From Meiothermus sp. (GTDB taxonomy: Bacteria; Deinococcota; Deinococci; Deinococcales; Thermaceae), in assembly GCA_033762915.1 (NCBI GenBank), contig JANRLD010000081.1, positions 31,141 through 95,140 of the forward strand: a stretch of DNA of 64,000 nt. Direction: 5' to 3'. Position numbers and translations under genes: made by a program. Shown here in pieces: positions 28,675 to 39,596 of this stretch. The notes below the pieces were generated by a model. It did no database searches. It was not told the origin of the DNA and saw nothing but the letters and a program-made list of their open reading frames with translations. Within the stretch, counting starts at the first letter, position 1. The number at the start of each line of letters is the position of its first letter.

Positions 28675-30156
28675 ATGAGTCTGCCCCGCCCCGAGACCTC
28701 CCCAGCCGCGCAAACCCCCGTGGCGATCCGCCTCGAGGGGGTCTCGCTCGGATTCGACGGGCAGGAGGTGCTCAAGGGGGTGAACCTCGAGGTGCGCCGG
28801 GGCGAGTTCATCGCCATCCTGGGGCCGTCGGGCGGGGGCAAGAGCACCCTGCTACGGATCGTGGCGGGGCTGCTGGGCGCGAGCGAGGGGAAAGTGGAGG
28901 TGCGGGGCGAGAGCGCGATGGTGTTCCAGGACTACCGGCTGCTGCCCTGGCGCACCGTCAAACAGAACATCGGCCTGCCCATCGAGCTGACCGGGCGCGG
29001 CAGGATCGAGACTCACCTGGGCATGGAGCGCTTCGGACACCTCTACCCGCACCAGCTTTCCGGCGGCATGAAGGCCCGGGTGGCCATCGCCAGGGCGCTG
29101 GCCCAGGACGCCGAGGTGCTGCTGATGGACGAGCCCTTCGCGGCCCTCGACGCGCTGGTGCGCGAGCGCTTCAACCTCGAGCTCAGGCAGCTCCACCAGC
29201 GCACCGGCAAGACCGTGCTGTTCGTCACCCACTCCATCCGCGAGGCGGTCTACCTGGCCGACCGGGTGGTGGTGCTGAAGGGCGGGCGGATCGAGACCAT
29301 CCTCGACACCCAGGGCGAGGGGCGGCTCACCGCCTTCGACGTGGGCCTCGAGGCCGAGCTGCGCGAGCGGCTGGGCGTGGCCGACTCGACCTTCGTGGAG
29401 CCGCCGCCCAGGCCCCTGCGCCCGCCCTGGGAGTTGTTCGGGGTGATCGGCCTGACCGCGCTGTTCTTCCTGGCCTGGGGGCTGATGGCAGCCAGGGTGC
29501 CGGTCTTTGTGCCCTCGCCCGCCCAGACCGCCGAGGCCATCGTTCAGAACCTCGGCCTGCTGCTGGCAAACGCCGGAGCCACCTTGCAGGTGGCCGGGCT
29601 GGGGATACTTTGCTCGCTCTTAATCGGGCTACCGGTGGGCTACGTGATGGGGCGCAGCCAGGCCCTGGAGCGGCTTCTCTCCCCCTTTATCGTGGCCCTC
29701 CAAGCCGTCCCGACCATCATCATCGCGCCGCTGCTGATCATCTGGTTCGGCTACGGGCTGGGCTCCAAGGTCACCATCGCCACGCTGATCTCAATCTTCC
29801 CGGTGATGGTGTCCGGGCTGATCGGGGTGCGCGAGGTGGATCGTACCTTCCGCGAGGTCTTGAAGACGATGGGCTCGAGCGGCTGGGGGGTGTTCACCAA
29901 GCTCGAGGTGCCCGGGGCGCTGCCGGTGATCCTGGGCGGTCTGCGGCTGACGGTCTCGCTGGCGCTGATCGGGGCAGTGGTGGCGGAGTTTGTGCTGGGC
30001 GCACCGGGCCTGGGCGCGATGGCCAGCAGCGAGCGGCTGAACTTCCGCTACGCCAACTCCTTCGCGGCGGTGGCGGTGACGGTACTGCTGGGGATCGGGC
30101 TGTACGGGCTGGTGGCGCTGATCGAGAGCTATGTGCTGCGCTACCGGCGCAAGTAG
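28675..30156 (+). CDS. Fused ATPase-permease of a TauB/TauC (SsuB/C, NitT)-type ABC importer
   Basis: GPSGGGKST, LSGGM and LMDEPF, followed by a BPD_transp_1-type TM domain (ALPVILGGLRL). Confidence 0.88.
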   Translation: MSLPRPETSPAAQTPVAIRLEGVSLGFDGQEVLKGVNLEVRRGEFIAILGPSGGGKSTLLRIVAGLLGASEGKVEVRGESAMVFQDYRLLPWRTVKQNIGLPIELTGRGRIETHLGMERFGHLYPHQLSGGMKARVAIARALAQDAEVLLMDEPFAALDALVRERFNLELRQLHQRTGKTVLFVTHSIREAVYLADRVVVLKGGRIETILDTQGEGRLTAFDVGLEAELRERLGVADSTFVEPPPRPLRPPWELFGVIGLTALFFLAWGLMAARVPVFVPSPAQTAEAIVQNLGLLLANAGATLQVAGLGILCSLLIGLPVGYVMGRSQALERLLSPFIVALQAVPTIIIAPLLIIWFGYGLGSKVTIATLISIFPVMVSGLIGVREVDRTFREVLKTMGSSGWGVFTKLEVPGALPVILGGLRLTVSLALIGAVVAEFVLGAPGLGAMASSERLNFRYANSFAAVAVTVLLGIGLYGLVALIESYVLRYRRK

Positions 30157-30237
30157 GGCAGGGCGGCAACAAGACCCGAAGCCGCCCCACCCACATTCCA
30201 TGCTGTGCGCCCTGGCTCGAGCCGCCTATGTTGCGAT

Positions 30238-30347
30238 GTTGCGCCAGGGCAGATTTGCAAGACCAGCGAACGCCGAAAACGCGTTTCTGGCGCAATTCCC
30301 TACGGGTGTTTCGGGGCGGGTTCCTGCATTTCAACTATGGAGATACT
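30238..30347. repeat. Dispersed intergenic repeat, family B copy 2
   Basis: Inverted copy of 20686-20795. Confidence 0.9.
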
Positions 30348-30424
30348 TAGGGCGAGCTCAGAGGGGGCAACCGTTGCGGGCCGGGCGTAACTCGGGGCAT
30401 CTCGCGGCTCAACTGTTGCGACGC

Positions 30425-30501
30425 TTAGAGCGGTTCCCCCGCATACTCCCTACGGCGCTAAAGCGGGCGGTTTTTGCTGTAGGGAGTACATTACCTGCCG
30501 C
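30425..30501. repeat. Palindromic intergenic repeat, family A copy 1
   Basis: TTAGAGCGGTTCCC..TACTCCCTACGGCGCTAAAGCGGGCGGTTTTTGCTGTAGGGAGTA; near-identical at 43799-43873 (inverted) and 45178-45235. Confidence 0.9.
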
Positions 30502-30527
30502 TGTGATCGAGCTATCCTGCCCTCCTT

Positions 30528-31007
30528 CTACTCTAATCCCACAGAAACGCGATAAAGCCCTTTCGACATCACCGTGTTGACCCGCCCCCAGAACTCCAGC
30601 CGCTCCACCTCGGCCCAGCCGCGCTTGGCGTAGAACTCCGCCCGGTCGGCGGTGTGCAGGTAGATGCGCCCGAAGTCCTGCGCCTTGGCTTCCTGCTCGA
30701 CCCGGGCCAGCAGCTTCCCCGCCAAACCTTTACCCCGGTGCTCGGGCAGGGTGTAGACCGAGGCCAGCCAGGGCGACCAGTCGTCGCGGGGCGGGAAGTC
30801 GGTCAGGTCGAGGCTGGCGGTGGCGGCGGGTAGGCCCCCCTCGAGCAGCACAAAGGTAGTCATCAGGCCGCCGCGGTTACCCTCCTGGACGAACTCGAGC
30901 CACTCCCCGAAGGCCATGCCCACAAACGCGTAGGGAAACTCCTCGAAAATCCACCGGCTGACCTGTGGATAAAGCTGTGGATAGTCGCGCAGGTAGACGA
31001 TCTGCAT
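30528..31007 (-). CDS. GNAT family N-acetyltransferase
   Basis: PWLASVYTLPEHRGKGLAGKLL and FYAKRGW. Confidence 0.9.
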   Translation of the reverse strand: MQIVYLRDYPQLYPQVSRWIFEEFPYAFVGMAFGEWLEFVQEGNRGGLMTTFVLLEGGLPAATASLDLTDFPPRDDWSPWLASVYTLPEHRGKGLAGKLLARVEQEAKAQDFGRIYLHTADRAEFYAKRGWAEVERLEFWGRVNTVMSKGLYRVSVGLE

Positions 31008-31011
31008 AGGT

Positions 31012-31449
31012 CTATTCTCTGTCGCGCTCACGCCGATTCAGCAGGTGAAACGCGAACTCGTAGAGCAGTTCCGGGCGCTCGGCCTCGAGCCGCTGCAAGA
31101 AGCGGTACAGCTCCTCGTCCGAGAGTTGCTGGAGGGCCTCGAGGTTGATTGGGCTGTCCTTGCCCAGCTTCTTGCTGGCGAACAGTTCGGGGGCCTCGAG
31201 GGCCGCAAAGGCCACAGCGGCGACGTGCTTGCAAACCAGCCCGGGGTAGGGGCAGGTGCAACTCCACTCGCCCTTGGCGAAGGCGATCTCCACCCGGTAG
31301 GGGAACGGCAGACTCCCGCGCACCCTGGCCTGCAGCCGGTTGCGCCCCCGGGCGGCCTCGAGCACCGCCCCCCTGAGGAAGAGCTCCTTACCCCGCTCGA
31401 GGATCGGCTCTTCGGCAAGGTCTAGGAGGGTCTGGAGCTCGAGGCGCAC
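31012..31449 (-). CDS. SWIM zinc finger protein
   Basis: ARVRGSLPFPYRV...CTCP...CKHVAAV. Start uncertain. Confidence 0.85.
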   Translation of the reverse strand: MRLELQTLLDLAEEPILERGKELFLRGAVLEAARGRNRLQARVRGSLPFPYRVEIAFAKGEWSCTCPYPGLVCKHVAAVAFAALEAPELFASKKLGKDSPINLEALQQLSDEELYRFLQRLEAERPELLYEFAFHLLNRRERDRE

Positions 31450-31709
31450 GGCCCTATTCTCCCGCATTTTGCGGGGCCGATGGCTCGAGGGGCCGCGCCG
31501 CCGTTTCCGCCCGGCCTCCCTTGACGATTCATCGGCGCGGATGGCAGAATCGTAAGGTTCCACTCGGCGGGGTCGGCGTTATACAGGCTAGGCGACAGGA
31601 AGTTCAAGCTCTCTATCCGGTATTCCTTAGGGCGCATCAAGGCGGGGCTTGCGTGCTGGCCACACCAGCGCGTTCAAAGTCGTGTCTTCGACACGCCGAG
31701 TGAGGTGGA

Positions 31710-33467
31710 ATGGCGATACAGAGTTACGGCCGGCTGCTGGCCACATACCTCCGGCCGCACCGCCCCAAGGTGGCCCTGCTGGCGGTCTGCCTGCTGGGCT
31801 CCATCGGGATGCAGCTCCTCACGCCACAGATCGTGCGGCAGTTCATAGACGCGGCCGGGGCGGGGACGCCGCTGGAGACCCTGACCCGCCTGGCGCTCTT
31901 GTTCCTGGGGGCAGCGCTCCTCAACCAGCTCCTCTCGGCGGCCTCGACCTACCTCTCAGCAGACGTGGGCTGGAGTTCGACCAACGCCCTGCGCGTAGAC
32001 CTCTTCCGCCACGCCCTGCGCCTGGACATGGCCTACCACAAGGCCCGCACCCCCGGCGAGATGATCGAGCGCATCGACGGCGACGTGACCCACATCGCCA
32101 ACTTCTTCGCGCAGTTTCTGGTGCGGGTGGGCGGGGCGCTGCTCCTGGTGCTGGGGATTCTGGTGCTGCTGTGGCTCGAGAGCCCCGCGGTGGGGGCGAC
32201 CCTCACCGCCTACGTGGCCGTCGTGATCTGGGTGCTCAACAACCGCCGCGAGGTAGCGGTGCCCGCGACCAAGCTCGAGCGCCAAGCCAACGCCGAGGCC
32301 TTCGGCTTCATCGAGGAGCGGCTCTCGGGCCTCGACGACATCCGCGCCAACGGGGCGGGCCGCTACGTGATGCACCGCTTCCGCGAGGTGCAGCGGAGCT
32401 GGTACTTCACTGCGCTCAAGGCGTGGCTCTTGCGCAGTTCGATCTGGGTCTACACGCTCTCGCTGTTCGCGGTGGGGTACGTGCTGATGTTCGCCTTCGG
32501 GATCAACCTCTTCGCGGCGGGGGGCATCACCCTGGGGACGGCCTACCTCTTCTTCAACTACATGAGCATGCTCGAGGGGCCGCTGGAGCAGATCACCCAG
32601 CAGCTCCAGGAGTTCCAGCAGGCCGGGGCAGGGATGCAACGGGTCACCGAGCTGCAAAACGAGCGGCGGGAGGTGCCCGACGGCAGCCGGAGCCTGGGGG
32701 GCGGGGCGCACGCCGTGGAGTTGCGCAAGGTGCGGTTCGCCTACGAAGACCAGGACGTTTTGAAGGGCCTGAGCTTCCGGCTGGAGCCCGGCCAGAGCAT
32801 GGGCCTGCTGGGCCGCACCGGCAGCGGCAAAACGACCTTGATCCGCCTGCTGTTCCGCCTCTACGACGCCACCGAGGGCGCGGTGCTGCTGGACGGGGTT
32901 GACCTGCGGGAGTTGCGGCTCGAGGACCTGAGGAGGCGGGTGGGGCTGGTCACCCAGGATGTGCAGCTCTTCCACGGGACGCTGCGCGAGAACCTGACCT
33001 TCTTCGACCCCGGGGTGGCCGAGGAGCGGCTGTGGGCGGTGCTGGACGAGCTGGGCCTGCGGGGCTGGGTGGAGGGGCTGCCGCAGGGCCTGGACACACC
33101 GCTGCAGGCGGGCGGGGGGGGACTCTCGGCGGGCGAGGCGCAACTGCTGGCGTTTGCCCGGGTCTTCCTGCAAGAGCCGGGGCTGGTGATCCTCGACGAG
33201 CCCAGCAGCCGCCTCGACCCCGCCACCGAGCGCCTCCTCAACGACGCCATCGCCAGGCTGCTCGAGGGCCGCACCGCCATCCTGATCGCCCACCGCCTCG
33301 AGACCGTCGAGCGGGTGGACAAGATCATGGTGCTGAAGGACGGGGAGACGCTGGAGTGGGGCGACCGCGCCGCCCTGGCCGCCAACCCCGACTCCCGCTA
33401 CGCCCAGTTGCGGGCCTTGAGCACCGACGCCGGGCTGGACGAGGGAATGGAGAGGGCGGGGTTGTGA
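31710..33467 (+). CDS. ABC exporter half-transporter (TMD+NBD)
   Basis: GRTGSGKTT, LSAGEAQ, ILDEPSS and IAHRL. Confidence 0.93.
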   Translation: MAIQSYGRLLATYLRPHRPKVALLAVCLLGSIGMQLLTPQIVRQFIDAAGAGTPLETLTRLALLFLGAALLNQLLSAASTYLSADVGWSSTNALRVDLFRHALRLDMAYHKARTPGEMIERIDGDVTHIANFFAQFLVRVGGALLLVLGILVLLWLESPAVGATLTAYVAVVIWVLNNRREVAVPATKLERQANAEAFGFIEERLSGLDDIRANGAGRYVMHRFREVQRSWYFTALKAWLLRSSIWVYTLSLFAVGYVLMFAFGINLFAAGGITLGTAYLFFNYMSMLEGPLEQITQQLQEFQQAGAGMQRVTELQNERREVPDGSRSLGGGAHAVELRKVRFAYEDQDVLKGLSFRLEPGQSMGLLGRTGSGKTTLIRLLFRLYDATEGAVLLDGVDLRELRLEDLRRRVGLVTQDVQLFHGTLRENLTFFDPGVAEERLWAVLDELGLRGWVEGLPQGLDTPLQAGGGGLSAGEAQLLAFARVFLQEPGLVILDEPSSRLDPATERLLNDAIARLLEGRTAILIAHRLETVERVDKIMVLKDGETLEWGDRAALAANPDSRYAQLRALSTDAGLDEGMERAGL

Positions 33468-33630
33468 GGCGACGAGAACCACGGGTCGGGGGTCGAGAGC
33501 CAAAAGCGATGAGCAATACGCCATGAGCAACCGAAAGTAGATTCATAACTCCCTACCTCTTGATTCCGCTGCGCTCAGGGCAGGCCCCGAATCTCTTGAG
33601 TCCGAGCCGCCCATTCACCCCACCCTAACC

Positions 33631-33799
33631 GTCATTTTGAGCAGAGCACCTTTTGCGCAGCGAAGCATCCCCTCAGCGCGTCAAACTCGTCCACTCCTTG
33701 TCGGCGGTGACAGTTTTTCGCAACCTTGCCTGGATGTGTGTTCGCCCTCCTTAGGTTCTTCGCAAACTACGACTTCGCTTCGTTACCGTTCAGGATGAA
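33631..33799. repeat. Degenerate REP-like palindromic element
   Basis: GTCATTTTGAGC...GCAGCGAAGCATCCC and GGTTCTTCGC...GTTCAGGATGA form imperfect inverted ends. Confidence 0.45.
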
Positions 33800-33874
33800 A
33801 CATCAAGCACAGATTAGGTTTGTGGCCTTTCCTTCCTCTTCCCTCCCCTTCCCTCTCTTCTCACCGAGGTACGC

Positions 33875-35674
33875 ATGACCCAAGACGCAAACGCACAGAC
33901 CCCCGAGCACACGCCCGACTCCTGGACGACCTGGCAGTACATGCGGCGGGTGTTCGGCTGGCGGCGGGGGCACTGGTGGTTCAACGTCTTTCTGTGGACC
34001 GGCTTCCACACCATCCCGCTGGCCTTCCCGCTGCTGGTGAAGGCCATCTTCGACGCGATGAGCGGCCAGCAGACGGCTGGGCTCAACGCCTGGACGCTCC
34101 TCACCCTGTTTGCGGTGACGCAGTTCGGGCGGGTAGGGTGGTTCACGGTGGCTTTCACCCAGTGGTCGCAGTTCGAGCTGATGCTCAAGGCCTGGATACG
34201 GCGCAACCTGCTCGAGCACCTGATGACCGCCAAAGGCTCCCGCGTGCTGCCCGACTCCCCCTCCGAGGCCATCTCGAGGTTCCGCGAGGATGTGCAGGAT
34301 GTGGACGGCTACGCCGAGACCTGGGTGGACGGGCCGGGACTGGCGCTGTTCGCGCTGGCCGGGATCGTCATCCTGGCGACCGTTGACCCCCTCATCACCG
34401 CCGTCACCGTGGCCCCGATGTTCGGAATGGTGCTCCTGATGCGCCGCCTGTCCCCCGCCATCCGTGTCCGCCGCCGCCGGATGCGCGAGGCCACCGGGCG
34501 CGTCACCGACTTTGTCGGCGAGAGCTTCGCCGCGGTGCTGGCGGTCAAGGTGGCGCGGGCCGAGGAGAGCATGACCCGCCACCTCGAGTCCCTGGGCCAC
34601 GCCCGCCGCAAGGCCGCGCTCGCGGACGTGCTGCTGACCGAGATGATCCGCAGCCTCAACACCAACCTGGTCAACGTGGGGATGGGGGTGGTGCTACTGC
34701 TGGCGGCCTCGGCCATGCGGCGCGGCGAGTTCACGGTGGGCGATTTCGCCCTGTTCGCCCTCTTCCTGCCGCGCATCACCAACACCCTGACCTTCCTCGG
34801 CGACGCGATGGCCCAACATATCCGCACCCGCGTGGCCTTCAGCCGCATGGAGCGCCTGCTGCAAGACGCCCCGCCCGAGCAGATCGTCAACCCAGCCCCG
34901 GCGGACTGGCTCGAGCCGGTCCCCCCCTTCCGCCCAGACCCCAAGGAGTACCAGCCGCTGGAACGGCTCGAGATACGCGGCCTCTCCTACCGCTACCCGG
35001 ACAGCGAGTCGGGCATCCAGGACATCAGCATCACCCTCAACAAGGGCGACTTCCTGGTGGTCACGGGGCGCATCGGGGCGGGCAAGACCACCCTGCTGCG
35101 CGTCCTCCTGGGCTTGCTGCCCGCCCAGAGTGGGGAAGTCTTCTGGAACGGCGAGCGGGTGGAAGACCCCGCCACCTTCTTCACCCCACCGCACTCCTCC
35201 TACACCGCCCAGGTGCCCCGCCTGTTCTCCGAAACCCTGCGGCAGAATGTGATGCTGGGCGACGAGCGCGACGAGGCGCTCAGCAGGTCACTCGAGCTGG
35301 CCGTGATGGGCCACGACGTGAGCGGCCTTGAGCGCGGTCTGGACACCCTGGTGGGCACGCGGGGGGTCAAGCTCTCGGGCGGCCAGGTGCAGCGGGCCAG
35401 CGCGGCCCGGATGTTCACCCGCGAGGCCGACCTGCTGATCTTCGACGACCTCTCCAGCGCCCTCGACGTATCCACCGAGCGCCAGCTCTGGGATGGCCTC
35501 TTCCAGGACCGGGACGCCACCTGCCTGGTGGTCAGCCACCGCCGGGTGGCCCTGCGCCGCGCCACCCACATCCTGGTGATGAAAGAGGGGCGGCTCGAGG
35601 CCCAGGGCAGCCTGGACGAGCTGCTTCAGACCAGCCCGGAGATGCGGCAGCTCTGGGACGAGGAGGGGGAGTAG
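33875..35674 (+). CDS. ABC exporter half-transporter, probable heterodimer partner
   Basis: [14 protein letters not shown] and a degenerate Walker B (IFDD). Confidence 0.93.
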   Translation: MTQDANAQTPEHTPDSWTTWQYMRRVFGWRRGHWWFNVFLWTGFHTIPLAFPLLVKAIFDAMSGQQTAGLNAWTLLTLFAVTQFGRVGWFTVAFTQWSQFELMLKAWIRRNLLEHLMTAKGSRVLPDSPSEAISRFREDVQDVDGYAETWVDGPGLALFALAGIVILATVDPLITAVTVAPMFGMVLLMRRLSPAIRVRRRRMREATGRVTDFVGESFAAVLAVKVARAEESMTRHLESLGHARRKAALADVLLTEMIRSLNTNLVNVGMGVVLLLAASAMRRGEFTVGDFALFALFLPRITNTLTFLGDAMAQHIRTRVAFSRMERLLQDAPPEQIVNPAPADWLEPVPPFRPDPKEYQPLERLEIRGLSYRYPDSESGIQDISITLNKGDFLVVTGRIGAGKTTLLRVLLGLLPAQSGEVFWNGERVEDPATFFTPPHSSYTAQVPRLFSETLRQNVMLGDERDEALSRSLELAVMGHDVSGLERGLDTLVGTRGVKLSGGQVQRASAARMFTREADLLIFDDLSSALDVSTERQLWDGLFQDRDATCLVVSHRRVALRRATHILVMKEGRLEAQGSLDELLQTSPEMRQLWDEEGE

Positions 35675-35950
35675 ACGGGGAACAAGGTCGGAGGCGGCCC
35701 CGCAGTGCACGCAATTTGAACTATGTAGAGTTATATCCGTTGGTCGTTACCCCACCTCCTCAGGCTATAGGCACGAAGGTGGCAGACCCGGTTTGGCCCC
35801 GGTCGCTATAAGCCCGAAGGGCTGGGAGTCGCCCAACCGTAACGCTCTCACTATTGAGGCTGGGTCATTCTAGTAAATGTGGCCAACTTCTTAATCTATA
35901 CTCTGGGTTAGTGCCGGTTTTGAGTATAGTTACCCGGAGATTATTAGCCT

Positions 35951-37057
35951 ATGAGCGGAAGCGCTGCGCCCTCGGTGATCGCGGACATGCTGAAAAGCAT
36001 GGTTCAGTCCAGAGCCTCGGACATTCACCTTCAGGCGGGCGCGCCGCCCACAGTTCGCGTTGACGGAAAGCTCAAATCCTTCGGCTCCAAGACCCTCTCC
36101 CCCGGCGACATCGAGAACATCATCCGTGGGCTCCTGAACTCCACCCAGCGCGAGGAACTCGAGTACAAGAAGGAGATGGATTTCGCCTACACCATCCCGG
36201 GCCTGGCCCGCTTCCGCTGCAACCTTCTGCACCAGCGGGGCAGCTACGGCTTGGTGATGCGGGTGGTCTCCGAGGCCATCCCCACCTTCGAGACGCTGGG
36301 CCTACCCCGCGACGTGATGGAAGGCCTGGCGGGCAAGGAGCGGGGCCTGGTACTGGTCACCGGGCCCACCGGCTCGGGCAAATCCACCAGCCTGGCCTCG
36401 GCGGTCGACCACATCAACCTGAACTTCCATAAGAACATCGTCACCATCGAAGACCCCATCGAGTTCCTCCACAAGCACAAGAAGAGCCTGGTGGTGCAGC
36501 GCGAGGTGGGCGTGGATACCGACTCCTTCGGGGTGGGGCTCAAGTACGCCATGCGCCAGGACCCCGACGTGATCCTGATCGGCGAGATGCGCGACCGCGA
36601 GACCGTCGAGGCTGCCCTGATGGCGGCCCAGACCGGGCACCTGGTGCTCTCCACCCTGCACACCCTGGACTCTATCCGCACCATCAACCGCATCATCGAC
36701 TTCTTCCCGCTGCACGAGCACCAGCAGGTCCGCATCTTGCTGGCCGAGTCGCTGCTGGGCATCCTCTCGCAGCGCCTGCTGCCCAGAGCCGACGGCCAGG
36801 GCCGCGCACTGGCCCTGGAGATCCTGCTGGCCACACCGTTCGTGCGCGAGCTGCTCAAGGACGAGAACAAGACCTCCCAGATCAAAACCGTGATGATGGA
36901 GGACAACATCCGCGGCATGCGCACCTTCGACCAGCACCTGGCCCGGCTCTACACCGAGGGCGTGATCACCCTCGAGGACGCCGAGTCCAGCGCCACCAGC
37001 CCCCACGAGCTGAAGCTGATGCTGACCAAGCACACCGGGCAGAGTTACGTGAGTTGA
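35951..37057 (+). CDS. PilT/PilU family type IV pilus retraction ATPase
   Basis: ASDIHL, GPTGSGKST, TIEDPIE, RQDPDVILIGEMRD and TGHLVLSTLHT. Lacks the AIRNLIRE motif, so PilU/PilT2-like. Confidence 0.92.
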   Translation: MSGSAAPSVIADMLKSMVQSRASDIHLQAGAPPTVRVDGKLKSFGSKTLSPGDIENIIRGLLNSTQREELEYKKEMDFAYTIPGLARFRCNLLHQRGSYGLVMRVVSEAIPTFETLGLPRDVMEGLAGKERGLVLVTGPTGSGKSTSLASAVDHINLNFHKNIVTIEDPIEFLHKHKKSLVVQREVGVDTDSFGVGLKYAMRQDPDVILIGEMRDRETVEAALMAAQTGHLVLSTLHTLDSIRTINRIIDFFPLHEHQQVRILLAESLLGILSQRLLPRADGQGRALALEILLATPFVRELLKDENKTSQIKTVMMEDNIRGMRTFDQHLARLYTEGVITLEDAESSATSPHELKLMLTKHTGQSYVS

Positions 37058-37549
37058 GTGTTCAGTTTGGCTAAGTTGCCAGACCCCTCAACAGCGACGG
37101 TGAAGTTGAGAGCGGTTCCCACCCGTACTCGGTGCGGCGGTACCTGCCAGGCCCAGTACATTGCGGCGCTCCGCACTTCGCCGCAATGGGGAAATGCGAT
37201 GAGCGTTGAAGGTTGGCGCTTGCCAGGCCACCCCCGAAGCCCGTTACTCACAAATATTCAAGGTTTGGTACAGCGCGGTGAGCGCCGAAAGGACTCCCCC
37301 ACCCTGCGTGCAGAGGATTGGCGCATGAGTACCCCCTTTGGGCCGCAGCGGCTGGATCTCCCATGACTGCCTTGCCTAGTGCACGTCACTCCTCGCAACA
37401 AACCATCACGCTTTAGATTACAAAGTCGTCTAGCCCAAATCCGCTATTTTTGCTATGTTCAGGGGTAGTGTGTCTCGATCAGGGCGCATGAGTAGTATGT
37501 GCGCCAAACCCCTCTTGGGGAGGGTTCGGAGCATAGAATGGAGCCGACT

Positions 37550-38140
37550 ATGGTAGTCCCTTACGTCATCGAACAAACCTCCAGAGGCGAGCGCGTCTAC
37601 GACATCTACTCGAGGCTGCTCAAAGACCGCATCATCTTCCTGGGGACGGCGATCGATTCGCAGGTGGCCAACACCATCGTGGCCCAGCTTCTATTCCTCG
37701 ACGCGCAGAACCCCAACCAGGAGATCCGCCTCTACATCAACTCGCCCGGCGGCGAGGTGTATTCCGGGCTGGCCATCTACGACACCATGCAGTTCGTCAA
37801 AGCTCCCGTCTCCACCATCTGCGTGGGAATGGCGGCGTCTTTTGGGGCGGTGCTGCTGGCGGCGGGCGCCCCCGGTAAGCGCTACGCCCTGCCCCACGCC
37901 AAAATTATGATCCACCAGCCCTGGGTCTCGGGCGGGATGGGCGGCCAGGTCTCCGATCTGCAAATCCGCATCGAGGAGCTCACCCGCAACAAGCGCCAGC
38001 TCAACGAGGTGCTGGCCCGCCACACCAAGCAGCCCGTGGAGAAGATCGAGCGGGACACCGACCGCGACTACTTCATGGAGGCCGACGCGGCCAAAGCCTA
38101 CGGCCTGGTAGACCACGTGGTGAGCCATGAGACGCAATAA
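37550..38140 (+). CDS. clpP: ATP-dependent Clp protease proteolytic subunit
   Basis: [27 protein letters not shown] and DRD. Confidence 0.97.
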   Translation: MVVPYVIEQTSRGERVYDIYSRLLKDRIIFLGTAIDSQVANTIVAQLLFLDAQNPNQEIRLYINSPGGEVYSGLAIYDTMQFVKAPVSTICVGMAASFGAVLLAAGAPGKRYALPHAKIMIHQPWVSGGMGGQVSDLQIRIEELTRNKRQLNEVLARHTKQPVEKIERDTDRDYFMEADAAKAYGLVDHVVSHETQ

Positions 38141-39323
38141 GCCGGTCTGCTCGTTCTGCGGACGCAAGCACCCCGAGGTGGCGCACCTCATCGAGTCGCC
38201 CCTGGGCGAGGTCTTCATCTGCAACGAGTGCGTGGAGCGGGCCCACAGCCTGCTCGAGGCTGAACCCAAGCCCAACTTCTCCGGCCCCAGCCACCTGCCC
38301 AAGCCCTATGAGATCAAGAGCTTCCTGGATCAGTACGTCATCGGGCAGGAGTTGCCCAAGAAGGCCCTCTCGGTCGCGGTCTACAACCACTACAAGCGCC
38401 TGATGCACCCCGAGGCCGAGGTGCAGAAGTCCAACGTGCTGCTGATCGGCCCCACCGGCACCGGCAAGACCCTCCTGGCCGAGACCATGGCCCGGATGCT
38501 GGACGTGCCCTTCGCCATCGCCGACGCCACCACCCTGACCGAGGCCGGCTACGTGGGCGAGGACGTGGAGAACGTGCTGCTGCGCCTGCTGCAAGCGGCG
38601 GATTTTGATGTCGCCGCCGCTGAGAAGGGCATCATCTACATCGACGAGATCGACAAGATCGCCCGGAAGTCGGAAAACCCCAGCCTGACCCGCGACGTCT
38701 CCGGCGAGGGCGTGCAGCAGGCCCTGCTGAAGATCGTGGAGGGCACCGTCTCCAACGTGCCGCCGCAGGGTGGGCGCAAGCACCCCCACCAGGAATTCAT
38801 CAGCCTCAACACCAAGAACATCCTGTTCATCCTGGGCGGGGCCTTCGACGGGCTGGACAAGATCATCCTGAGCCGCGTCGACGCCAACCCCATCGGCTTC
38901 ACCAAGCCCAAAAAGCTCGAGGAGAAGCCCGAGGCCACCCCCGAGGACCTGGTGCGCTTCGGCCTGATCCCCGAGCTGGTCGGCCGCCTGCCGGTGGTGG
39001 TGGGGCTGGAGGCGCTGGAGGAGGAGGCGCTGGTGCGCATCCTGACCGAGCCGAAGAACGCCCTGGTGCGCCAGTACCAGGAGCTGATGCGGATGGAGAA
39101 CATCGAACTGCGCTTCACCCCCGCCGCCCTGCGCGAGATCGCCCGCCGGGCCCTCAAGCGCGGCACCTGCGCACGCGGCCTGCGGGCCGTGATCGAGAGG
39201 GCCATGTTCGAGCTGATGTTCGAGCTGCCCTCCTCCGGCCTGCGCGAGCTGACCTTCGACGCCGCCCACATTGACAAGCCGCTGGCTGCGATGGAAGAGG
39301 CGAAGTTGAAGCAGGCCTCGTAG
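38127..39323 (+). CDS. clpX: Clp protease ATP-binding subunit ClpX
   Basis: CSFC..ICNEC zinc domain, [22 protein letters not shown] and the IGF loop. Confidence 0.97.
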   Translation: MRRNKPVCSFCGRKHPEVAHLIESPLGEVFICNECVERAHSLLEAEPKPNFSGPSHLPKPYEIKSFLDQYVIGQELPKKALSVAVYNHYKRLMHPEAEVQKSNVLLIGPTGTGKTLLAETMARMLDVPFAIADATTLTEAGYVGEDVENVLLRLLQAADFDVAAAEKGIIYIDEIDKIARKSENPSLTRDVSGEGVQQALLKIVEGTVSNVPPQGGRKHPHQEFISLNTKNILFILGGAFDGLDKIILSRVDANPIGFTKPKKLEEKPEATPEDLVRFGLIPELVGRLPVVVGLEALEEEALVRILTEPKNALVRQYQELMRMENIELRFTPAALREIARRALKRGTCARGLRAVIERAMFELMFELPSSGLRELTFDAAHIDKPLAAMEEAKLKQAS

Positions 39324-39407
39324 GGGTCTGCGTAGTTGGAATGCGAAACGTCTGCGCACCTCTACCCTGGCGCAGGTTAGAGGCAGTCGAGCATCAAGTC
39401 GAGAGCG

Positions 39408-39445
39408 AAATAAACCCCTCGAGCCAGCACTCGAGGGGTTTATTT
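39408..39445. terminator. Intrinsic terminator after clpX
   Basis: Perfect 16-bp stem AAATAAACCCCTCGAG / CTCGAGGGGTTTATTT. Confidence 0.8.
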
Positions 39446-39596
39446 ACGCCGACACGACAAAAGACAGGAAACTTGCCGCTCGAGTCCGATGGCGCTTTAG
39501 CTGGACCAGGAGTTGAACACTCAAAACGCCGGGTGGTTATTGAACGGTCGGGTTGCTAGGTTTCCCATGTTGGCCCTGGGCCACGAAAGGGAGACT

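Noticed and set aside
35700..35950. Possible structured RNA upstream of the pilT/pilU gene
   Set aside because: Only short hairpins; no riboswitch consensus I can recognise.
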